A stretch of 64,000 nt of DNA, taken from assembly GCA_051313645.2 (NCBI GenBank), contig JBNRSN020000021.1, forward strand, positions 15,500,001 through 15,564,000. Direction: 5' to 3'. Source of the DNA: Centroscyllium fabricii. Taxonomy: Eukaryota. Shown piece by piece: positions 46,731 through 58,105 of the stretch. The notes under the pieces were generated by a model. The model saw only the letters and a list, made by a program, of their open reading frames with translations. It was not told the DNA's origin and did no database searches. Within the stretch, counting starts at the first letter, position 1. The number at the start of each line of letters is the position of its first letter. Made by a program: the position numbers and the translations under genes.

Positions 46731-47069
46731 TCTACCACAGAAGGCCGTTGAGTGCAATTAATTAAATATATTTAAGAAGTAATTAGATATATTTTTTCAG
46801 GCTAAAAGGATCAAGGGATACGGGGAGAAAGCAAGGACAGGGTACTGAGTTTGGATGATCAGCCATGATCTCATTAAATGGCAGAACAGGCTCGAGGGAC
46901 CGAATGGCCTACTCCTGCTCCTATCGTCTATGTTTCTGTGATTCTATGTAAGACAGAAAATACTTCAGAGACCGTTGAAAATTGTGAAAAGCTTTATTTT
47001 GTCTCCATATAATGTTGCTTCCAAAGAGCGACAAGATGGAGATTGCAGAGTTTTGGCCAAGGCAATGGG

Positions 47070-47327
47070 TCCAAAGATGTGCAGGTTAGGTTGATTAGCC
47101 ATGATAAATTGACCCTTAGTGTTAGGGAGATTGAATATGTGGGGTTACGGGTTAGGGTGGGATATGTGTCGGTGTAGGCTCGATAGGGATCGAGGGATAT
47201 GGGGAGAGGGCAGGGGCGGGGTGCTGGGTTTGGATGATCAGCCATGATCTCATTGAATGGCGGAGCAGGCTCGAAGGGCCGAATGACCTACTCCTGCTCC
47301 TAGTTTCTATGTTTCTATGTTTCTATG
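47070..47327 (+). mobile_element. HE1-like V-SINE, 5'-truncated
   Basis: Begins at TCCAAAGATGTGCAGGTTAGG; full tail. Confidence 0.85.
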
Positions 47328-49439
47328 AAACAGGAAAAAACATGCGCTTACATAGTGCCTTATCAATTCTCCTGGATTTCCAAAGCACTTCACAGCTAAC
47401 GAGTTACCTTTGAAGTATCATCACTGTTATTCTGTATGCAAAATGGCAGCCAATTTGTAATATGCCACAGACAGCAAATGAGATGAATGGCCACTGTTTC
47501 TGCCAGTGTTGGTTAAGGGAAGAATACTGGCCAGGTCATTAACAGACCATCAGGCGCTCCTTCAAGTAGTGCCATGGGAACTCTTATACCTACCCGAACA
47601 TGCAGATGGGCAGTTTAACATTTCATCCAAAGGACAGCACCTTTTACTGCACTCACCCAGTACTACACTGAAGTGTCAGTCTAGATTGTGTTCTTAAGTC
47701 TTGGAGTAGCGCTTGAATCATAGCCGACTGAGAGAGTACTACACCGTCGCAGGTGCCGTCTTTAGGTTAAACCGTGGCCCTTTCGTCCCTACTCAGGTGG
47801 AAGTAAAAGATCACGTCACTATTTCAAAGAGCAGGGGTGTTCTCCCCAGTGTTCTGGCCAATATTTATCTCGCAAACAACACCTGAAACAGCTGGGCTGC
47901 TCATTTATTTCATTACCGTCCGTGGGATCTTGCTGTGTGCAAATTGGTTGCCGCGTTTCCTACATTACAACAGCGACTATGCTTCAAAAAGTATTTTATT
48001 GGTCATGACGCACTTTGTGAGAGGTGGCGGGGGTGGGGGGGGTGGGGGTGGGGGGGGGAGCGGGGGGGCGGGTGGTGGTCCTGAAGTTGTGAAAACTCTA
48101 TACGCAAGTTCTTCCTTGCTGCTAACTTTGAGGCGAGAGTGCGACTAACAGAGCCAAACTGACAAATCGAGGGGCAAAATGTGCATTGATGCATAAGTGG
48201 CAGTCGAACTTTAATTGGCAAGGTTAGGAGAGATGTGGAACCCAGTCACGCTCTTCTAAAATGTAAAACGCAACCATCCTAGGAGCAGAACTCTGCGCAC
48301 CCACCGAGATCCGTTGGCGTTGAACATCAATGCAATGGGCAGCGAGATGCAGCTGTCAGCATCACTCAGTTCTGCCGGTTGGATATCTGCAGTACAGGTT
48401 CTGGGTTTCAGAGCGGTCTCTGGAGTACTTAAAATTCCGACCTCTGTAACAGTGAAGTTCTTTTGAAACAAGCAGCCTTGTATCGGAAGAATAGTTCTTA
48501 TCCATCGATTCTGCCAGCAAACTTGCTCATATGAGATTCGCATTGATAGGCATTTGGACCTTTACTGCTGGAAGACATTTCACGAAGCGATTGCATTCTT
48601 TAGAAGTGTCGGCTTGTTGCAGCATTCCTCACCCCGCCACTGAGTAAGATAATGTGATTGCACAGACCTCCGCCACCGCTCCCTATAAAATTGCCCATCA
48701 TTTTGAGTATTGTACAGAAAGCCTATTGCTAACCTCAAAGGATTAATTGGGTTTAGATGCAACATTATTTGCTCAAGCTTATTGCATTATTAAAAATGAC
48801 GTTCCGGCTCTAAGAGAATGAGCCTACAGGTGACACAGAGGAGCAGACAACAAAGATCGCCCCAAGACAAATGTTGGTGGAAGTGGCCAATTTTTGTTCT
48901 CCTCAGTTACCTAAAGGTACTGCTGAATAATCTAAGTGGAGCAGTAACTAAAACGAGACACAATGTATACACAGGCCCATCTGTGCTTTGGCTTTCTAGG
49001 AGGCCAGGTGCTTGGCATCTTTCATTTTTTTCTGTGAGAGGGCTGTTAATCTGAGGAAGAAGTTGACGTTATTTCTTTGTACACAGCACACCACATGAAC
49101 TCCCACAGAGAATGCTTCATTTTCGCCTGCCTTCTGGTGCAGAAAACAAAACCCGTTGCATTATCTCAAGGCAGCTTCTTACGAGACGTCGTTACTGATT
49201 TATGGGTCATTATGTGAGCTGAGCCTGAGCCCATTAACTCTGAGATCCCTACAAGGCAGAGGATAACTAGTGTTGGAAAGATCTGAATCCTGCAGGCATA
49301 AGCCCCATGACATTGGTAGTTAAGTAATACATCTGTTTGCTTCTTTGTTCTCAGTCCTTGTTAATGGCTGTGGAGAGCAAGAATGATTGGGTTCTTCTGT
49401 GGTGAAGTTTGTTCGCTTGGTATTGTCGGGAACGGCCGT

Positions 49440-49725
49440 TCCCCACTCTTTAAATTCAATAAAGTGTCGAAAGATGGCGGAGCAAACTTCAACAGGTCTT
49501 TATTAGTTCAAATCCAAAAACGACTGACTGACAAAAGGCGCGAAACCGCAAAGCGTCATGGGGCTTTCGACTGGCAGCCCGCAGAACCAATCAGGAACCG
49601 GGACTGTTGATCCAACCGCCCAATGGGGAAACAGGGGCGGCGCCAACTCTGGAATGCGGATTATAACGTCCTGGGGAGACCAGAGTGTCTCCACCTAGTG
49701 GCTATGCTACAGTATCAGCACTGTG
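49440..49725. promoter_or_regulatory. Unique CpG-containing segment with promoter/insulator motifs
   Basis: AAGATGGCGG (YY1-like, ~49471), CCAATCAG (~49587), CCAATGGG (~49620), GGGGCGG (~49634), and CTCF-like CCACTAGGTGGAG on the minus strand (~49689-49701). Confidence 0.5.
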
Positions 49726-49816
49726 CTATTTTGCTGTCAACCAATAATTTGCTTCATACAAGAAGCATCAGAACAAAATTAGGCAAGGAATTAGAAAAGT
49801 CCATCTGACCCATCAA

Positions 49817-50180
49817 CACAGAATAACACAGAAGATAGGAGCAGGAGTAGGCCATTCGGCCCTTCGAGCCTGCTCCGCCATTTTAATGAGATCATGGCTG
49901 ATCATCCAAACCCAGCAACCCCCCTCCTACCCTCTCCCCATATCCCCCGACACCCCCAACTCTAAGAACTATATCTCACACACATACTCATGGGCAATTT
50001 GTTTGTTTTTTAGTATCTCCAATTCACCTAACCTGCGTGTCTTTGGGTGGTGGGAGGAAACCGGAGTACCCGGAGGAAACCCACACGAACACGGGGAGAA
50101 CATGCAAACTCCACGCAGAGAGGTCCCGGGCCAAGCAGGATTTGAACCCAGGAGCTCCTTATTGCGAACCTGCTACTTTC
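49817..50180 (-). mobile_element. Second V-SINE subfamily with a different tRNA-like head
   Basis: Minus strand GTAGCAGGTTCGCAATAAGGAGCTCCTGGGTTCAAATCC (B box), then V-domain and CR1 tail. Confidence 0.8.
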
Positions 50181-50205
50181 ACAGACTAAGGATGAAAGAC
50201 TTGTT

Positions 50206-50971
50206 GGGGGGAAAAATTTGGTGGCTTGCGCCTGCCGTTAGCAACCTAAGAGGGCGCTCATGGGGTGCAAGGCACTTAGCGCCTGGGCTGGCGCCTCCCG
50301 CGATATTCAGTGGGGCGCTGACGTGGGAGGTAGCCGGTAGCGCCCCACTGAATATTAGCCACTGTTCGCCGCCGGGGAAGACGTCATCAGAGCGCGCAGC
50401 GACTCTCTCGTGCCCAAGGGAGTAAAATTGAGTCGCGCCCGCTGACTTTCGGGCGGACGCTGCCCGCGAAAGCTTCAGCCTGTCGTACATGCAGCGGGGG
50501 AGCGCTGCTTAAATGGGAGGGTGCACATTTTTGTTGCTGGCCGGCTGCCAGCACCTTCCCCCTCTGCCACCCCCGACATACCCCGCTGGCCCCTCCGCGG
50601 AGTTCTGCCTCTGCTCACTGAGCCCGGCACTTCCCTCGAGTGCCTTGCTCCTTCGGCGGCATGGCGTCCCACGGCGGCCCGGCGGGGCTCCGGCCGAAAC
50701 CGCGCTAGGCCCCTCCCCTTTAATCAGGAGAGGGAGGCCTGCAGTACCGCGGCACGGCGCTCTGTGCTGCGTGTCGCCTCAGCCCACAGCAATGGAACTT
50801 CGGTTGTAGCGCCTAAAGAACGAGGTCAGGCGCCTGCAGTAGCGCCTGACCTCCTACTATGGGCGCTACAACCGAATATCAGCGGTAACGGCGCCAGCGG
50901 TAGACGGGCGCTAAAAGTAGCGCTGCGCCGAGGTTACCGCCAGAAAACATGCGCGACCAAATCTTCCCCCC
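50206..50971. mobile_element. GC-rich non-autonomous DNA transposon (PIF/Harbinger-like) in a Deu-SINE tail
   Basis: Termini GGGGGGAAAAATTTGGT / ACCAAATCTTCCCCCC; inverted homologue of 37803-38525. Confidence 0.7.
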
Positions 50972-51400
50972 GTGCATTTCTATAGCGCCTTTCACAACCT
51001 CAGGATGTCCTAAAGTGCTTTACAGCCAATGAAGTACTTTTTGAAGTGTAGTCACTGTTGTACTGTAGGGAAACGCAGCAACCAATTGGCTCATAGCAAG
51101 CTCCCACAAACAGCAATGAGGTAATGACAAGATAATCTGTTTCAGTGATGATGGTTGAGGGATAAATGTTGGCTAGGACACTGACTGGGGTGAGCTCCCT
51201 TGCTCTTTTTCGAATAGGGCTGGGGTGTCTTTTATACCCAGCTGAGAGGGTTGACGTGGCCTCAGTTTAACGTCTCAACCGATAAGGCGGCACCTCTGAC
51301 AATGCAGCACTCCCTCGTTGTATTGTCAGCCTGGGGTGGGGCTTGAACTCACAACCCTCGGACTCAGAGGTGAGAGTGCTAGCACTGAACCAAGGCTGAT
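50972..51400 (-). mobile_element. Deu-domain SINE
   Basis: Tail, Deu core and head are colinear with 19565-20012. Confidence 0.8.
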
Positions 51401-51597
51401 GTTGTGCAATGTTGATCCCATCCCCATAGCATCTGACGAAGACGAGTAGATGCCCCTTGATCGCCAAAAACTCATCAAGCTAAAGTGCAGAAAGAAGGGG
51501 AAGGTATTTTGCCACATGTAAAGGGTTATTAAAATATGAAATGTATTATCGCAAGTCACTACTGGAGCCAAATCAATCGCACAGTTTAAAAGATGTT

Positions 51598-52423
51598 GGC
51601 CCAGAAATTGCAGTCCGGTGTTTCCTGCGGGTGCTCCGCCATGCGGACCATTAACACAGCGCACCAGAATCTCCCCGTTTTAGCGCTGAAAACTTGCAGT
51701 ATTTTTTTCAGCGTTCCTGGGCTGCGTAGCAGGGCAGCCACGTTTGGTGCGCTAAATATGCGTTGCCGTGGTGTGTGTGCTAGTCTGATGCCCCGCCCAC
51801 GAAGGTCTCATTTAAATGGACACGCCCCCTGATGTGAACACAGAATCGGCAGGGAGCAAGGGAAGGCAGCAGCACATTGGCAACGAAGGTAAGGATCTTT
51901 GATTTCCAGCGATTTTTTTGCTAACTTTTTTAAACATTCAAAGAGTTTTAAAGTTCCTTTAACAGCATGTAGGTAATTTTTAATTAGGATGAAAGACTTT
52001 AGAACCAAAACATTTTGTACAAAAAATCGGGTGAAAAACACTTGAAAAGCCGATTTTTAAAAATTTTCAAAGACATTCCAAATCCACAAAAAATAGTAGT
52101 TAACTGCCCACAAAGTCAATTAAAATTGCTAAAACTTTAAATTCAACGCTAAAAACGCACTGTTCTCACTAACGCACGGTTAACGACTCCTTTTTTCCCG
52201 TGCTATTTCAAGCCCAGTTGCCCACAGATTAGCGCACAGAATCACACCCATTTACATCGGGATTTTGGGGTGATAATTCTTCTGTGCGTGTGATGCTGAA
52301 GCCTCTTCTGCTCAGCATCGGAAAGCCCGGATTCCTGCGCATGCCCCGTGCGATAGCTAGCACGGGAAATTAGGCGCCACTCCTGCGGGTGCTAAGCGAG
52401 CGATGGACTGCAATTTCTGGGCC
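51598..52423. mobile_element. Non-autonomous PIF/Harbinger(PHIS)-like transposon
   Basis: Perfect 19-bp TIR GGCCCAGAAATTGCAGTCC; the interior is the reverse complement of 33979-34803. Confidence 0.8.
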
Positions 52424-52632
52424 AATAAGAGCTTGAAGAAAAATATTTAAAGATATGAGGTAAAAGCAAGGAAATTAAATTAAATTTGAATCTGCTTAAT
52501 TGTTGAAGGAATCAGGTCAAATTTATGGAATGATTTTGTAATGATATAAGGTGCTCCAACCCCTCAAAATCCACCCCACCCCCCAACCAAGCACTGATGT
52601 CTTCTCCCTGATGAAATCACATCCCAACTATC

Positions 52633-53487
52633 CCCAAGCCCCAATCTCCAGCCTTCCCCCTCCCGCAATGGCTTCTCCTCCCACCCTACCCCAAGGCCCG
52701 ATCTCTAGCCTTCCACCTCCCGCCATGGCCTCTCTCCCCATCCTGCCCCAAGGCCTGATCTCCAGCCTTCCCCGTCCCGCCATGGCCGCTCTCCCCACCC
52801 TACCCCAAGGCCCGATCTCCGGCCTTCCCCCTCCCGCCATGGTCTCTCTCCCCATTCTGACCCAAGGCCCAATCTCCAGCCTTCCCTCTCCCACCATGGC
52901 CGCTCTCCCCACCTTGCCCCAAGGCCCGATCTCCGGCCTTCCCCCTCCTGCCATGGCCTCTCCTCTCATCCTGCTCCAAGGCCCAATCTCCAGACTTCTC
53001 CCTCCCTCCATGGCCTCTCTCCCCATCCTGCCCAAGGCCCGATCTCCAGCCTTCCCCCTCCCTCCATGGCCTCTCTCCCCATCCTGCCCAAGGCCCGATC
53101 TCCAGCCTTCCCCCTCCCTCCATGGCCTCTCTCCCCATCCTGCCCAAGTCCTGATCTCCAGCCTTCCCCCTCCCGCCATGGTCTCTCTCCCCATCCTGCC
53201 CAAGTCCTGATCTCCAGCCTTCCCCTCCCACCATGGCCGCTCTCCCAATTCTGCCCAAACTCCAATCTCAGGCCTCCCCCCTCCCACCATGGCCGCTCTC
53301 CCCATCCTGCCCCAAGGCCCGATCTCCAGCCTTCCCCCTCCCACCATGGTTCTCTCCCCATCCTGCCCCAAGGCCCGATCTCCAGCCTTCCCCCTCCCAC
53401 CATGGTTCTCTCCCCATCCTGTCCCAAGGCCCGATCTCCAGCCTTCCCCCTCCCACCATGGCCTCTCTCCCCATCCTGCCCCAAGGC
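52633..53487. repeat. C-rich ~57-bp minisatellite, about 15 copies
   Basis: Unit CCCCAAGGCCCGATCTCCAGCCTTCCCCCTCCCGCCATGGCCTCTCTCCCCATCCTG. Confidence 0.95.
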
Positions 53488-53544
53488 TATGGCTTTCGGT
53501 TGGCTTTTGTAGTTGATTTTTTAATCAATCAGGATTTATACACC

Positions 53545-53920
53545 CTTAATGGGAATATTGAACTAAGGAAGTTAATAGAAGCGAAGGGATCCAGGAGTAC
53601 AAGCACACAAATCACTAAATGTTTCGACACAGGTTAACAAGGCCATTAAAAAAGCAAGCCAAGCAAATCGGTTTATTGCTTCAGGGATAGAATTGAAAAG
53701 TAGGGAAGTTATGCTAAACTTGTATCGAACCTTGGTTAGACCACACTTAGAGTACTGCGTAAAATTCTGGTCGCCATATTATAAAAAGGATATAGAGGCA
53801 CTAGAAAGGGTGCAGAGAAGATTTACAAGGATGATACCAGAAATGCGAGGGTACACCTATCAGTAAAGGATGAACAGGCTGGGTCTCTTTTCTCTTGAAA
53901 GGTGAAGGCTAAGGAGTGGC
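53545..53920 (+). mobile_element. CR1 LINE internal RT fragment
   Basis: GIELKSREVMLNLYRTLVRPHLEYCVKFWSPYYKKDIEALERVQRRFTRMIP. Confidence 0.85.
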
Positions 53921-54279
53921 CTAGAATCGTATAACCATTGAATGGTTACAGCACGGAAGATGGCCATTTAGCCCGTCGAGCCCATGCCAGCTCTCGGCAA
54001 GAGCACTTCAGCTAGCTCCACTCCCCCGCCCTTTCCCCGGAACCCTGCAATTTGTTTTCTTTCAGATACTTATCCAACTCCCTTTTGAAAGCTGTGATTG
54101 AATCTGCCTCCACCACCATTTTAGGCTGTGTATTCTAGATCTTGACCACTCACTGCATAAAAAGTTTTTTTACGTCAGACACGCAAAGACTGACCAGCAA
54201 TTCAGATGAAGTCCTCTACCACGTCTGGGATATGGCAGGCCCCAACTGACACATCTAGAGAACCCCGAAATCGTGAACC

Positions 54280-56552
54280 TGTCACAGGGTGCCTTTCCCT
54301 TTAAGGATTCAAGATGGCTAGGTTGTGTGCAGCACACCTGTTTTGAAGACTTGTTCCCCTGTTATTCAACTATTATATCAATTAACGGTTTCACATGCCT
54401 GTGTGTTCCTGGTTCTCATTGCCTGCAGCTTATTGGCTAACACTAAATAATCTGTTTGCCTGTTTGGGCTTATAAGCTGGATGCTTTGACCAGGCAGGTG
54501 CGGGATCATTGATTGGATTGACTTACTACAAACTACTGGAAGAAGTGGTTGCTGTTCTGAGCTGCTGGAGAGGCAATGGGTTTGGGCTTTCCCCTGCCCT
54601 GTGGATGACGTATTCTCTTTGGGAAACTCGGTTAGAGTGAGACTAGCTGTAGAGCGGACTTCTGAGAACTACAGTTGTCAACATTCTGGACATTGCGTTC
54701 TGCCACCTGAAGCTCAGGTTTGGACATTCCATCTGTTAAGTAAGGGCGTCCCCCTGCTAGTAGATCAGGTATTCTCTTCCTCAGAAGACTCCGTTGGAGT
54801 GAGTCTCGACCGTAGGGCGGACTCGGAAGAGATCCAGAATCTACTCCTTGGACATTGGTCGTTATCACCTGAACTGAGGTTTGGACGTTTCAGTAGGGTA
54901 TGTGAGGAGTCTCAATGTTTGAGGATGGATTCTTTCCTTCTGAAGACTCTGAAGAGATGGGTTCCAGCTTTAGGGTGGACTCTGGGAGAGTTCCATTACT
55001 CATCCAAGACATTGCTCGCACCCACCTGAATTCAGGATTGGACATGTATTCCACTATACTATGATGCGCTTGGCTGTGTAGCATTCCACGCAACTATGGG
55101 AAGTTTGTACCAGTTCTGAAAGGAACTTGTTTTCTGTTTCTATCTTTGTATGTAGCAACTGTAATAAGCTTGTGCCAGTTTTCTGTCGAAGACTTGTTTA
55201 GATGTTTAATATATTTTGGTATGTATGGATGCAAATTATTAGGGTTTTTGTGATTTATAGTTCATTAAAGGAGTTTAGCTCTAGAAAGCCGTTTCAGTGT
55301 CTTTGCATTTGGACCCCACCATTACAGAATGATCCCGCCAAATTGGGGCCCAGCAGACACTGAAGCGTCTAGCACTCCTTAAATTGCTTTATTCCTGGAG
55401 GACGGTTGGTCCCTCCTCCGTACCCCTCCACCCACCCTATTCCGGCATTTTGGGTATTTGGGACATCAGCTGTCGTCCCTTTAAGGGGGGGGTTCTGTCA
55501 CAGGGTGCCTTTCCCTTTAAGGATTCAAGATGGCTAGGTTGTGTGCAGCACACCTGTTTTGAAGACTTGTTCCCCTGTTATTCAACTATTATATCAATTA
55601 ACGGTTTCACATGCCTAAGTGTTCCTGGTTCTCATTGCCTGCAGCTTATTGGCTAACACTAAATAATCTGTTTGCCTGTTTGGGCTTATAAGCTGGATGC
55701 TTTGACCAGGCAGGTGCAGGATCATTGATTGGATTGACTTACTACAAACTACTGGAAGAAGTGGTTGCTGTTCTGAGCTGCTGGAGAGGCAATGGGTTTG
55801 GGCTTTCCCCTGCCCTGTGGATGACGTATTCTCTTTGGGAAACTCGGTTAGAGTGAGACTAGCTGTAGAGCGGACTTCTGAGAACTACAGTTGTCAACAT
55901 TCTGGACATTGCGTTCTGCCACCTGAAGCTCAGGTTTGGACATTCCATCTGTTAAGTAAGGGCATCCCCCTGCTAGTAGATCAGGTATTCTCTTCCTCAG
56001 AAGACTCCGTTGGAGTGAGTCTCGACCGTAGGGCGGACTCGGAAGAGATCCAGAATCTACTCCTTGGACATTGGTCGTTATCACCTGAACTGAGGTTTGG
56101 ACGTTTCAGTAGGGTATGTGAGGAGTCTCAATGTTTGAGGATGGATTCTTTCCTTCTGAAGACTCTGAAGAGATGGGTTCCAGCTTTAGGGTGGACTCTG
56201 GGAGAGTTCCATTACTCATCCAAGACATTGCTCGCACCCACCTGAATTCAGGATTGGACATGTATTCCACTATACTATGATGCGCTTGGCTGTGTAGCAT
56301 TCCACGCAACTATGGGAAGTTTGTACCAGTTCTGAAAGGAACTTGTTTTCTGTTTCTATCTTTGTATGTAGTAACTGTAATAAGCTTGTGCCAGTTTTCT
56401 GTCGAAGACTTGTTTAGATGTTTAATATATTTTGGTATGTATGGATGCAAATTATTAGGGTTTTTGTGATTTATAGTTCATTAAAGGAGTTTAGCTCTAG
56501 AAAGCCGTTTCAGTGTCTTTGCATTTGGGCCCCACCACACCCCACCGTTACA
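54280..56552 (+). mobile_element. Non-coding two-LTR element: LTR 54280-55326, 169-bp internal region, LTR 55496-56552
   Basis: TG...CA direct repeats at a 1216-bp offset with only a handful of differences. Purine tract AAGGGGGGGG before LTR2; TSD GAACC/CAACC. Confidence 0.85.
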
Positions 56553-56703
56553 CAACCTCTACGACTGTCAAAAGAAGTCATTTTGGAGAGCATTACCCCT
56601 GGTCCTCTGGAGCCCAACTTAGTTAGTTAAGTGGAATTGGGAGGGGTGTAGTGTTGTACCTACCGTTATTCTCCCTCGCATATTTCTGAAGTGTTCCCCC
56701 TTT

Positions 56704-57303
56704 ATATAGAACATAGAACATAGAACATACAGCACTGTACAGGCCCTTGGGCCCTCAATGTAGTGCCGCGCTTAGTCCGTCTCTGATTTTTCCTGTCCCC
56801 CCTACTCTTCCTTCCCCTCCATGTACCTATCTATCATCCTTTTAAAAGCACCCAGACTGTCCACATCCACTATTTCAGATGGTAGCCTATTCCACTCCCC
56901 GACCACTCTCTGTGTAAAGAACTTGCCCCTGCCATCCCTTCTGAATCTTCCTCCTTGAATCTTGTGCTCGTGCCCTCTTGTTGTCGTTCTTCCCACCCGG
57001 GGAAACAGTCTCTGCATGTTTACTCTATCGATCCCCTTCATCATCTTAAACATCTCTATTAAGTCCCCCCTCTTCCTTCTCCGTTCCAGGGAGAAGAGTC
57101 CCAGCTCCCTCAACCTCTCCTCGTACGACTTTCCCCCCATTCCCGGCAGCATCCTGGTGAATCTCCTCTGTACCCTCTCCAACGCCTCCACATCCCTCCT
57201 GTAGTACGGTGCCCAGGACTGCACACAGTACTCCAAGTGTGGTCTCACCAGTGACCTGTACAGCTGTAGCATGACCTCCCGGTTCTTAAACTCTATTCCC
57301 CTG
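56704..57303 (-). mobile_element. CR1 LINE 3' end (distinct, young-looking subfamily)
   Basis: Open peptide LYRSLVRPHLEYCVQSWAPY...RRRKRGDLIE; (TTCTATG)n tail. Confidence 0.9.
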
Positions 57304-57620
57304 TTTAGAGTGATAAGATTATTGTGTTGTATTTTCCTTTCTCAAATAAACATCAAAGTTCTTTTCACCAACTCAATTGACTGCTGCAGTTTCTTACGTC
57401 GCCTTTGGTTCACCTGCCAATCACCTTAAATCTGTGTCCTCTGGTTCTTGACCCTTTTGCCAGCGGAAGCAGTTTCTCTCTGTCTACTCTGCCCAGACCC
57501 CTCATGATTTTGAACACCTCTATCAAATCTCCTCTCACCCTTCTCTGCTCCAAGGGGAACAAGCCCAGCTTCTCCAGTCTATCAACGTAACTGAAGTCCC
57601 TCATTCCTGGAATCATTCTC

Positions 57621-58018
57621 GGGACATGAGCACATAAAGCTAGGCTGACACTCCAGTGCAGTGCTGAGGGAGTGCTGCACTGACGGAGGTGCTGTCTTTC
57701 AGATGAGACGTTAAACCGAGGCCCCGTCTGCTCTCTCGGGTGGACATAAAAGACCCCATGGCACTATTTTGAAGAAGAGCAAGGGAGTTATCCCCAGTGA
57801 CCTGGCCAATATGAATCCCTCAACCAACATAACAAAAAACAGATTATCTGGTCATTATCACATTGCTGGTTGTAGGACCTTGCTGTGTGCAAATTGGCTG
57901 CCGCGTTACCAACATTACAACAGTGACTCCACTTCAAAAGTACTTCATTGGCTGTAAAATGCTTTGAAATGCCCGGTGGTCTTGAAAGGCGCTATATAAA
58001 TGCAAGTCTTTCTTTCTT
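57621..58018 (+). mobile_element. Deu-domain SINE, 5'-truncated
   Basis: Colinear with 6198-6430 + 7138-7300. Confidence 0.85.
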
Positions 58019-58105
58019 TAAATCTTTTCTGCACCCTCTTCTAAGGCCTTCACATCTTTCCCGAAGAATGGTGCCAGAATTGGACAAAGTACTCCAGTTG
58101 GAGCC

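Larger units (their letters stand above)
44520..46948 (+). mobile_element. CR1 LINE 3' part carrying nested insertions (44520-45001, 45990-46018, 46730-46948)
   Basis: RPHLEYCVQFWSPY...RRMRGDLIETYKI...RKFFTQ | VVNLWNSL | PQKAVE, then a HER1-type tail. Confidence 0.85.
54177..57393 (+). mobile_element. Internal fragment (~335 bp) of the LTR family at 58106-59603, itself interrupted twice
   Basis: 54177-54279 + 56553-56703 + 57304-57393 match 59163-59496. Flanked by a TTACGTC duplication. Confidence 0.8.

Noticed and set aside
52551-53637. Long Pro-rich and Gly-rich ORFs on both strands
   Set aside because: Artefact of a 57-bp (19-codon) stop-free repeat unit; the frames break at unit indels.
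54601-56245. Duplicated 142-aa ORF (54601 and 55817)
   Set aside because: GTG start, no recognisable motif, and duplicated only because it lies in young LTRs.
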